A stretch of 64,000 nt of DNA from Octopus vulgaris (lineage: Eukaryota): NCBI GenBank assembly GCA_951406725.2, contig OX597817.1, positions 127,410,001 through 127,474,000 on the forward strand, in the 5' to 3' direction. Under the pieces are notes generated by a model. The model was given only the letters and a program-made list of their open reading frames with translations. It was not told the DNA's origin and ran no database searches. Within the stretch, counting starts at the first letter, position 1. Every line of letters starts with the position of its first letter. Positions 52,715 to 64,000 of this stretch are shown piece after piece. The translations under genes and the position numbers were made by a program.

Positions 52715-53250
52715 TTTTTTTTTCTTCTTTCAAATTTGCTTCCATTTCTTGCCGAGTGTCTTCCCGACTCCAAGGGCAAAGAAACTCATAGTATACATTG
52801 GTAGGCCATTAAACCAAACTCAATAGTTCGTTCATTATTTTTTTTTTTTTTAAGTTAAATTAAAATACATGAGCAGCAACAGTTCTCACATCGACAATGC
52901 TCTTCTCAATGTGATGTACCAGTTAAGACAATCTTTTGCACTTCTTGCAGGGATGGTAAGCCAGGGATCATTCTCATATAATTTTCGGTTCCCTTCTTGA
53001 TCATTCCTAGTGCTCCTACGATCACTGGTATTGTAACCGCCTTGAGATGCCACATTTTCTCAATTTCAATGAGTAGGTCTTTATATTTTCTGAGCTTGTC
53101 AAACTCTTTCGCTGAGATATTATGATCACAGGGGATGCTCATGTCGATCAATAAGCAAACTTTATTGTTTTGGTCTTTCACAACAATATCTGGTTTATTG
53201 GCCTTGATGGTTCGGTCTGTATGTACTGGAAAGTCCCACAGAATGGTTAC
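52715..53250 (-). mobile_element. 5'-truncated R4/Dong-clade non-LTR retrotransposon (RLE domain plus 3' UTR)
   Basis: ILWDFPVHTDRTIKANKPDIVVKDQNNKVCLLIDMSIPCDHN...KLRKYKDLLIEIEKMWHLKAVTIPVIVGALG (PD..D RLE). Flanked by (TTA)n on both sides. Confidence 0.9.
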
Positions 53251-53331
<81 letters not shown>

Positions 53332-53359
53332 CATTATTATTACTATTATTATTATTGCT

Positions 53360-53886
53360 ATCATTGAGTGACACTGGGTTAAAATATACGAAGCCCGGTA
53401 TAGCCATCGTGACTTACCCATCTGATAAGGGTATACCAGGCAATGCATCACAACTATATGAGCGCGACATGCTGATCTCGTATCAAGATAAACAGCACCT
53501 GACCTTGCACATGAGGCCTAGTTCGAATTTTCTTCAGGTCGAGTATCCCATCCTGGTGAAAAGGTACCTGAATAAGGGTTGTTTGAGGATGTTGAAAGAA
53601 ACACCCATGTTTCCAGAGCTGAATTATCTAAACCCCAAAGAATTCTTCTGAACATATGGCTATGATGCTCCCCCACTACTTCTGCTCATGATCAGAAATG
53701 CACATATTGCCAGCTACCAAGGGAAATGCTCCGCTGGTTAAGGTCAAACAGCTGACAAGCATCTCTGTGGCATTGAGCAGAATATTTGCTGTAGCCCATT
53801 TTTATACCAAGACAAAACAATGTACACGATAACACTTCCAATCAGTTAAGAAGCCAAGAGAGCCACTGCCTGGTATTGCATCAGGG

Positions 53887-53887
<1 letters not shown>
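53360..53887. mobile_element. Unclassified interspersed repeat (probable SINE) between two (ATT)n tracts
   Basis: About 530 bp of non-coding, relatively GC-rich sequence with sharp microsatellite boundaries; family not identified. Confidence 0.4.
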
Positions 53888-53976
<89 letters not shown>

Positions 53977-54057
53977 TATTATTATTAAATTTACAATCAC
54001 AATATAACTGAAAATAGAAGGCATTAAAAAAATATTGGCAATATATATATTTGTACA

Positions 54058-54265
54058 AGGCGGCGAGCTTGCAGACTCGTTTGCACGCAAGACAAAATGT
54101 TTAGCGGCATTTCGTCCGTTTATACATTCAATACTTAAATTCTGCGGAGGTAAACTTTACCTTTCATCCTTTCGGAGTCGATATATTAAGTACGAGTTGA
54201 GGATTGGGGGTATTGTTTTCGACTTACCCCATTTCCCGAACTCACTGGCCTTGTCCCGACATTTG
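54058..54265 (+). mobile_element. SINE family A, diverged
   Basis: AGGCGGCGAGCTTGCAGA..TTTAGCGGCATTTCGTC..CCTTTCATCCTTTCGGAGTCGAT. Confidence 0.75.
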
Positions 54266-55238
54266 TTACCTATAAACATACCTGCACTCTTATATATAGG
54301 TAAACATATATGTAAGCATATTTGCAGGTGTGTGTATGTAAGTGTACAATGTGTGTGTGTATGTATATATACATGTGTGTGTGAGTGAATTATGTATGTA
54401 TGCATATACATGTGTGTGTGAGTGTATGTGTCTGTGTGTGTTTGTGTGAGACTATTTTTGCCCAGTCTATGTGGAATAATGATAGAACTACATTAGTACA
54501 TACTTTACAATCATTTTATGTTTATAAATATGCGTACATGCAAAAAATCTCGAGGCAGATTATACAGCGAAATTAATACTCAGTGGGGGAGACATTGAAA
54601 AGTATATTTACATCGGTCGTTATGAAGACGGCGACGGCAGTGGTGGTGGTGGTGGTGGTGGGTGGTGGTGGTGGTGGTAGCGGTGGTTGTGGTGGTGGTG
54701 ATGGTGAAGGTGGTAGTGGTCGTCGTCGTCGTCATAGTGACGACGACGATAACGATGACGATGATAATGATGATGCTCATGTGTGCTAGTGCTGTTTGCC
54801 TTGATGATGATGAAGACGACTGATTGCTGCAACGATGCTTGTGCTAAAAGATGTAGTAATAATAAACCATTGTATATAATAGCTTTAAGGTATTTAAAAG
54901 AGGTGGGAAAATAGATAGTTATTGGATCTCATCTTGTCAGGAAAACGAGAAAACTACTAGATGCAAGTATCACCACATTTTCCCATCAAATTGTTAAGGA
55001 ATCTCTTTACCAAAGATCAACAAGGAAAAAAAGACCTTGAAAATAGCTGCGGGGTGCTGTATATATCCATCCAATCGCTCGGGTTTCTAAGCGTTTTTAT
55101 TCTCCCATATCTTTTTTTTTGTTTCATAAGAAGATAGACATGCATATATATGTATATATGTATATACATACACACGCGCACACACACACACATATATACA
55201 TATGAATATATATTATATATGTAGTATATAGATACATG

Positions 55239-55282
<44 letters not shown>

Positions 55283-55536
55283 TATATATATATATATATA
55301 CAGGTATTCATATGCATGTATGTAGTATGCTTATATTTTCATATATACATATATATATATATACATATATATACACATATATGTGTTTGTATCATTGTGT
55401 GTGTGTCTTTGTGCGCGTGTGTGTATCTATCGATCTATCTACACTTAACGATATATATGCTTGTATATTATATATACAGTATGTCATATATATATACACA
55501 TATATACATATATTCATATGTATGTAGTATGTCTAT

Positions 55537-55595
<59 letters not shown>

Positions 55596-57701
55596 TTAAA
55601 TGTGTGTGTGTGTGTGTTTGTGTGTAAATATACATACACACATATTATTTACTTTCAATTTTCAGTATTATCAAAAATATGTAAGCACTATCCACCAAAA
55701 ACAAGAAAAGTATTATAATCATTTATCCTTGGTTTTATCACTGGTCTTTATGTTTTGTTTTAATATGAATTTGAACTACATTTGCTTACCCAGATATTAT
55801 AATTTATAGAGCTACATCACTACCGACTTGGGAAGTAACAGATGTGTTTGTTTGTTTTTAATCCCACACCATCTGAATGAGTACATATGAGTCGAATGAA
55901 TATATACATTCCTATTTCCATCACACCTCTCTTCTCTTGCTAACTGCATGTCAAGGACTACATTATTCATTTTTTTGTTATTCGTTTCGGCTAAGTGGCT
56001 GCGGTCGGGCTGGAGCACCACCAATGTATAGCTTTCTTTCAAACATAGTGGTGGTTTGACGTGACAGAGATTACACTGTTTTCTCTTGCAGATCAGGTAA
56101 CCACATTGGACTTCACCCGTTTCCTCGTCGTTGACTGTTATTGGCTTTGAAGTTCCGACAAACCCAAATCACAGTTACATACTTATAGCAAAGTCTTGAT
56201 TATTTGATTTCCGAGTAACAGTGTACCATTTTCTTTGCTACTAGTAATATAAATATTTTATTTTAGATATATTTTCCCGAATTATCTGATATATTAAGCT
56301 AAATGTTAAATTTTGTACCAAACAGTGTTGAATGATTGATTTCTTTCTCAAACATCTACTGCTGCGAACATATACCACAATTTTTCCCCTTGAGTGATAA
56401 ATAAATTATCTGGCGATTTCCTACATATACGGAGTTTACAATATTCATGAAAATTTGGAAAGACTGTCCTTACAGGTGCCTAACATTCAGCAGATGCATC
56501 GTGTATCGCGTAATCTAAGCCATGATTTTACTTGTTTTACCAGTTTCAGTTATTGACTTTCTGCCTATCCTTGAATAACATCAATTTTTGCACTTTATTT
56601 CACTCTAGTAACATTTTATCTGTCTCTAATTATAATCCCTATAATTTGCATATTTGAGAAACTGCTTTTCCATTTGGTAACACGAATTTCAGTCTGAAAT
56701 AGAGAAAACAACTTAAGTTTAACAGATAATCTTAATTTTGATATGTATCTTATTTTTTCAATCTCATTCCACGCTCGTTTCGAATTGCAGAATACATAAA
56801 ATCTATTTTTTCTTATTGTTTAAACCTACGTCAACCTTGTTCGTTCACACCGAACCGAACACTTACCACTTTGGTTTCAGATTCAGTACATTTAGGACAC
56901 TATTATCCAATGTTTTCGAGTTCTTAAGATGGAAGAGTGTAATCTGAGAAAATTTACGCAGCTATTTCTAGCGTATGAGGTAAGAACTATAAGATGGCCT
57001 TTTTGAACTTGACATAAACCTGAATTTTGGTATTAGTAATTGTCTTTTGATTGTCTTACAAACTGCTTCAAAATGGGTGGCCACATTTCTCTCAAAATTT
57101 CCTATGTTTTCGTTGATATTGGTATGTAAAAGTAGGCAAATTTCACCTTGTCTTGAAAACCCGGAAATTGAATGGTTAAGTATCAGATAACTTTATTCAG
57201 ACTTGTGCGCAAGCTAAAGAAGATGCAAATTGAATTGCAGTATTCTTAAAGTAATGAGGTATTATTAACGCAACAGAGTATGAGCAGTTTAGAGAAATAC
57301 CCATGACAACTAATAATCTTTAGATCGGTTGCTGTTTCCCGTGGGACTATTTTTGAAATCAGGTGTATGCTTCTGTTGGGATTGCCTTTAGTGTATAATG
57401 TGTAACATTCTGCCCCACTTGTAAACAATTTCAGTATTGTTTCATTGGAGAATAGTACGTTCTATCGCAGTGTGTGTAAATTTATTAACCTTTCTAGTAT
57501 AAATCTGTACAATTAATTATTTGTTTAATCAATTAAACAGAAGTAATAGGGTAATTTAAATGTCCATTCAGACACATCCTCTAAAGACGTAACAGCTATA
57601 AAAATTTTGTCGAAAATTTAGTAAACTGTTTTCACTTAAACGAAACGTTCTACTAATGATTTCTAGTAAGAGTTTTCTTTATTTTTATTTTTATTCATTT
57701 C

Positions 57702-57778
<77 letters not shown>

Positions 57779-58601
57779 CATCATTGTTATCTTGTTGAAA
57801 TTATTTTAATGTCGATGTCTACTGTTTTCCAGTTAAAATGTTTTGTGTGATGTTAATTATTCTTTTATGTAAAACAATACACCAACAAAAACACAATACA
57901 TGAACACATGAATATTTATTTGAAGAACTAAGTATCTATTTAAATAGATGTCAGTTAATGTTTTCTTTTATTCGTCATGGTAATAACATCTGAGAACAGC
58001 AGAAGAATTACTGTCATTATAACTAGAAATGTGAAATAAAATATAAAAGCATTCATTGTGAGACCAATAAATTGGCTGCGATATAGTAGCACTCATCACT
58101 TATCTGGATTCTGTACGCTAGGTATACACCAATGAAAATAAATTGTAAAGAGTTTAATTGAAAACAGATTTTAAAATAACAACTTTCTGATATTTTCTGT
58201 GTGTATTTTGTAATATAAACGTGCATTTATTTTACTAAAACAATTAGTATATAAACAATTGAATGTCCATTCTTTGGTAAGAAGAGATTCGATGTTATAC
58301 GTAGGTTCAATGTACAAATGTAATAACTGCTACAGGTTTGATGTAACTAAAAAACAGAACATTTAGTTGCAATTTAGTTTATTTTGTTATCTTTAATTTA
58401 ACGTTTAAACAAACATTTCTTTGTTTCCTTCAATTAAATTAGTTGTTTTCTACGAATTCTTAATTAGGTACTTTCACTTTCTTTCTTGATATAAGTGTAC
58501 ATATATGTGTGTGCGTATGTGTATATGTATGTATAAATTATGTGCGTGAATGTGTATTCATATGATTGCTTTAATCACGTAGTTATACATCACTACACAC
58601 G

Positions 58602-58647
<46 letters not shown>

Positions 58648-58834
58648 TATGTGCATATATATATTTATTCCTAATATATACTTATTTATCTATATATTAA
58701 CATACACACACCTATACGCATGCATGTGCGCTTGTGAATATATGTCTATATATATATATATATATGCTATCATCTATGCATATTAATACGCTCTCTCGCA
58801 CAGACATTCACACACACCCAAATATTTGTGTGTA

Positions 58835-58873
<39 letters not shown>

Positions 58874-59439
58874 GCATGTATATGACGTATAGTACACTTA
58901 CATATTTTGGATAGTGACTGTAAGTTATTAGATGACTTGGCAAACGCATAATTCTGTAAAGAAATCAAAGATTTCTCCGTTTTCTCATTGTTATAAACAT
59001 ACTGACGACAATAGAACATTTCTAAACTGATGGGACTAATAAGTGGTGAAATAACTTACTTTCATTCCTTCTTTAAAACAAAAAAGGTAAAAAAAACCAA
59101 AGTATCTAAAATAAGATTTCTATACCAAATGAAATCTTTAAAATGAAAAATGAATTAACATTTCATTGAAGTTGGCAAGCAACAGTAATTATTTAGTCAA
59201 TAAAAATAACGTGATAATGAAGGAGTGGAAAAAAGCGTACTTTAATTTCTTACCTTTCATTATACTCCTTTGAAGTTCAAATAATCTAATACCATAGAAT
59301 TAAAAAAATGAACGAATGAGATAGAAAGCGTGGTTATGTAGTGGCTACTGTATGTGTGCGTGTGTGTATATATATGCATGTGTATATATAAATATATATA
59401 TATATATATACATATGTATATACATATATATATATATGT

Positions 59440-59488
<49 letters not shown>

Positions 59489-59507
59489 TATATAAATATA
59501 TATATAC

Positions 59508-59586
<79 letters not shown>

Positions 59587-61015
59587 TATACATATGTATA
59601 CATATATGCATATATACATATATTTCTGTTGTATTCTTTTCCCGCGTAGCTTTTTTTTTTACCACATCTTTGCTACTTTATATTTCTTTATGCAGCTATT
59701 TATTTATTTTTTCTTATTTATAAATTAACTTCCTGTGAACTAGGTCTAGAAAGTGCTTCATAAAATACAGGATAATGCCGTAGAATAGATTTTTTTTTAT
59801 GTAAACAATAAAGCGGAAAGTAAAAAGGAAATCGGAAAAGAAAAAAAAACTAATGATAATATGAAGGTATCAAGTCGACATTTCTTTATGATGTTAACAA
59901 TTCATCTCTAAAAACAAAAGGCCGCATGCGCGTGAGTATATACTGAAATTTGATGAAAACATGTGAATTTATTGTCACGCGCGCGCACACACCCACACCA
60001 CATACGCGCACACACACATACACACTCACACACACATACACACTCACACACACACGCACGCTCAGAAGCTCGCTTGCACGCACGCATACATGTGTGCGTA
60101 TACATATAAACACACGCATATATGTAAGCCTACACATGCTTACAAATACACACACGCGTACACTCACACAGACATAGAGGCACATATGCATATAAACATA
60201 AGCACACATAAACACATATATACATTTACACAAATATACACATATACATAAATGCACACAACGTACACACACACACACGCACATATACGTATACGTATAT
60301 AGACACGTAGGTATATAGCTGGGTGTAATAGTGTTAATATGTGTGTGTGTGTGTGTCCGTATCAGTCTGTATCAGTATGTAGATGTGCACAAGAGTATGC
60401 GTTTTAAGTTCATGTGTTTATTTTTGTGAATGAATGAATGTGGTGTTGAACGTGTTTCTTTCCGAATAAGTGACTAGATGAATAAATGAGTATGCGTATA
60501 TCTTCGAAATACATAAGATATAACTGTGTGTATAAGCATGTAAGTGTTCGTGCATTACTAGTGGTTGGGCTTGTACACAGCACATTTTCAGTAACAAAAA
60601 ATCAACTACTATGTTGGTCTATTAACATGAAGAAAGTTATTACTGCCATTAGCCTGCTCATACATATTCATTAACTTTTACAAATTAAATCTGAACAAAA
60701 TCTGCAAAGAAAAGAAACGGACAAAAAGTAGGACAATAGAAAATATCAGCATATGTCGTTTGTTTGTTTTCAACTATTAATGAATTGCACTTAATTATGT
60801 GAATATTAATGCGTCTACATATCCACAAAATCAAATAGTCACACACGCAAAACACACACACACACATGTATGTATTTGTGTGCGTGTGTGTGAGAGACAG
60901 AGAGAGTGTGTATTATATATGTGTAACATATATAGGGACATAAAGTATATGGATACTTATACACGTTTGTATAGCTATAGGCACATGTACACGAGGTACA
61001 AAGATATATTGACAT

Positions 61016-61066
<51 letters not shown>

Positions 61067-61588
61067 CATGCACATATAAAGAAACACGCATACAGAGCCC
61101 AGTATTCATACAAACATGCATATCCACGTATACGTTGGAAGTCAGAGAGTGTCCGAATACAGCCATCTATCGACAAACAGCTTTCCTAAATATATCACCG
61201 AAAAGTTTGACCGTTCCCTCATGTGCCACCCCTTACGGTATGTCTTCACGTGTGATGAAACTACGTAAATGGCGGTATTTTATCAATGCAGACAAAAATA
61301 ATATCTCGACTACGTTCTCTTTTGAAAGGGCAACTGTCTCGCTCTGGTCCTGAAATTAACCGCGATATCAAATAGATTACTTAAAGCGTGCACATAACAC
61401 GGTCAACCTTACGTATAGACCAGCCTTCCACCTTACTGTGCTCGTTCACCATGATTGATTCTCAGTCCACAACAACTGTCACTGTATTGAATGGGTTCAT
61501 CAATTGGTGGTGGGGACAAACACAGTCACAAAGACACACACGCACATAAGTATTTATACATACATACATACATACATACATACATACA

Positions 61589-61660
<72 letters not shown>

Positions 61661-61874
61661 AATAATGAGAGATAAATTAATATTAATTTTAATATCAATT
61701 TAAGACCAGTAGCATACAAAAATCTGAGAAGTCAGAGAAAATTCTAATATATGTGTATATTGGCAGGGCTTATACGTAGCTAAAATAGACATCAACGATC
61801 AAACTACAAGGAAATTCTCTAGAGGAAAAATACAGCGAACAAACATACATAAATACATATATGTATATATATAT

Positions 61875-62037
61875 ACGATGGGTTTTTTTCTGTTTCCCTA
61901 ACAAATCCACTCACAAGGCTTTATTTGTAGCGAGGCTACAGTAGACGACACTTACCCAAGGTGTCATGCAATAGGTCTGAACTTCGAACCATGTGTTTAG
62001 GTAGCAAACTTCTTGCCACACAGTCATGCCAACGCCT
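61875..62037 (-). mobile_element. SINE family B, 5' part
   Basis: AAATCCACTCACAAGGCTT..CCCAAGGTG..GAACCATGTG..CCACACAG. Confidence 0.7.
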
Positions 62038-63199
62038 ATGAATATTTATATATATATATATATAAGATGTATGTACTGTACATGTAATTTACATAATATT
62101 TGTATATATCATATAGTATATATAAGTCTTATATAATCAATATATAGTATATAAAAAAATTATCTTTCTCTCTCTTCCTCTCTTTAATTTGGGACTAAAG
62201 CGCAAATCCATCCGAATGCAAGAGTGAGCCAGATTCTATAAGCATCAACAACCAAGTGTTCTGTGACACAGAATGGTACGACAGAAGAAGTATAATCTGT
62301 CACTCCAATTAATAGGAGTATTGTAAATCTGATGAATTTGAGGTTTGTTGACCATGCTGAAGTCATTTTAGCCTTCACGAGAAAGCTATCTGTAAAATAA
62401 TTTGTCTACCATTTGCTTAACGGCAACGGTGATTATTATTCATCAATTGTTAACTCCTTTCAAATATATATGAAAGAAATACATATCATGTCACTAATGT
62501 AATATTCCATTGAACATCCTCGAAAGATAGTGTATTTTAATCCCGAAGAATGAAAAATTAAGTTGACTCTGTACGATATTGCCTTTATGATTTTCTTTTG
62601 TTCCGGGAGACCTTTGATTGACCAGAACTATAATCAAAGGCATTCCAACCATAGCAATATTGTCTCTTGTAAAATGTGGTATGACATGATGGTGACTTGT
62701 ACTATTCTCTGACTAGCGGAGCGACTCCGTGCTCGTATTTTCAGAAGAGTTATTTGTTAGGTTTAAAAAATGGAATGAACGTATAAAAATTTAATTCGGG
62801 TATTTTCTTTTTGATCGCTTCCAGATGAAAAGTAAGATATTCACTGATGAGTTAATATTACTAAAAGGGATGGTCCTAAATAATACAGCAATTCATGCTG
62901 TCATAAAGAAATTTTTGACTTAATTCTTAGGTTCAACATGAAAATTTTAAAGTAATCAGAGTTGTCGATTAAATCATATTTCACTAGTATTTATTTCAGC
63001 GGGTTTCAGGAAGATTAACGTCAAAGCTGATCCTTACAGAGTTCCAGTTCATAGAGTAATGAAGTAAGTAAATACGAAACAAGAATATTTCATCTATTGC
63101 AATAAACAAACAACCACCAAGTAAATACTAGTTTCAAATTTTGACATAAGACCATCAGGTTTCGAGGGTGGATGGTAAGTAAATGTAAAGCGGCTTTTC

Positions 63200-63400
63200 G
63201 AGTCACACAGACTGATAAGGGCCTGTTTTCCGGTTTCATGGCGTATATATTTCCCACTTAGACGGGACGCCGTTCCTTTGCAGGATTACTTATATTTGCC
63301 AGCTGAGTGGACTGGAGCAACGAGTCGCCCGGTCCAGCAATCGAAACTACAATCTTACGATCATTAATCCAGCAACCTAACCACTAAATCATGCGCCTCC
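63200..63400 (-). mobile_element. SINE related to family C
   Basis: Minus strand GGAGGCGCATGATTTAGTGGTTAGG..GTTGCTCCAGTCCACTCAGCTGGCAAA. Confidence 0.7.
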
Positions 63401-63935
63401 ATGGAAGGGGTAAGTCGATTACATCGACTCAAGCACTTGACTTGTACTTATTTTATCGACTCCGAAAGGATGAAAGGCAGAGTACACCTCAGAGAAATTT
63501 GAACTCCAAACGTACAGACGGACAAAATATTACTAAGCATTTTGCCCAAATTGCTAATGATTCTGCCAGTTCGCTGCCTTCCTTTACTCCCAAGTAAATA
63601 TTGGCAGAAAGTCTACAATTTCGAGGGATAACAATAAGTCGATTACATCGACCCCAGAGCTCAAATGGTAATTATTTTCTCGACTTTGAAAGAGTGAAAA
63701 GCTAAGTCGATCTCGGCAGAATTTGAACTCAGAACGTAAAGTCAGACGAAATGCCGCTAAGTGTTTTACCCAGCGGCTTTCTGTCCGCCTTTGCGGTCTA
63801 AGTTCAAATTCCGCCTAGGTCGATTTTTGCCTTTCATCCTTCCGGGAGCCGATAAAATAAATACCAGTCATGTACTGGGGAGGATATAATCGACTCGCCT
63901 CTTCATCAAAATTTCATGCTTTATGATTATAGTAG
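63401..63935. mobile_element. Three SINE family A copies (two on minus, one on plus)
   Basis: GAATTTGAACTC-like motifs at about 63497 and 63720 (minus-strand copies) and GTTCAAATTCCGCC..CCTTTCATCCTT at about 63802 (plus). Confidence 0.75.
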
Positions 63936-64000
63936 AAAAAAAATTCCAAAAAGGTCCGCGGTGGATGAGCACGCGCACACACAACCGTGAGGGACCAACC

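Noticed and set aside
55900-57600. Possible PLE RT relics (also 11400-12050 and 44900-45640)
   Set aside because: Only one or two very short motif-like fragments each, too degenerate to call without a profile search.

Overview
This is AT-rich, microsatellite-saturated animal DNA. The SINE families and repeat landscape look like octopus or another coleoid cephalopod, which is an inference from recalled repeat consensus and not a database result. I found no intact host protein-coding gene; nearly all ORFs in the track are translations of microsatellites. The window is a mosaic of mobile elements: two decayed mariner transposons, a Helitron Rep-helicase fragment and a non-autonomous Helitron, a 3.7-kb Tx1-clade LINE nested in the tRNA-like head of a SINE, two R4/Dong-type endonuclease 3' fragments inside (AAT)n runs, a CR1-like fragment, several Penelope-like (PLE) RT/GIY-YIG relics, and many tRNA-derived SINE copies. 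The main signal these annotations do not explain is a set of eight minimal type I hammerhead ribozyme motifs from about six unrelated repeat families (59-118, 533-618, 15454-15511, 17721-17826, 40291-40424/41213-41348, 51496-51554, 51934-51993). They lie in short non-coding elements inserted into (TA)n runs, often with fold-back architecture. One is a tandem array of 439-nt units bounded by predicted cleavage sites. Together they suggest a retrozyme-like or non-autonomous Penelope system. All folds were assigned by eye and none has been tested.
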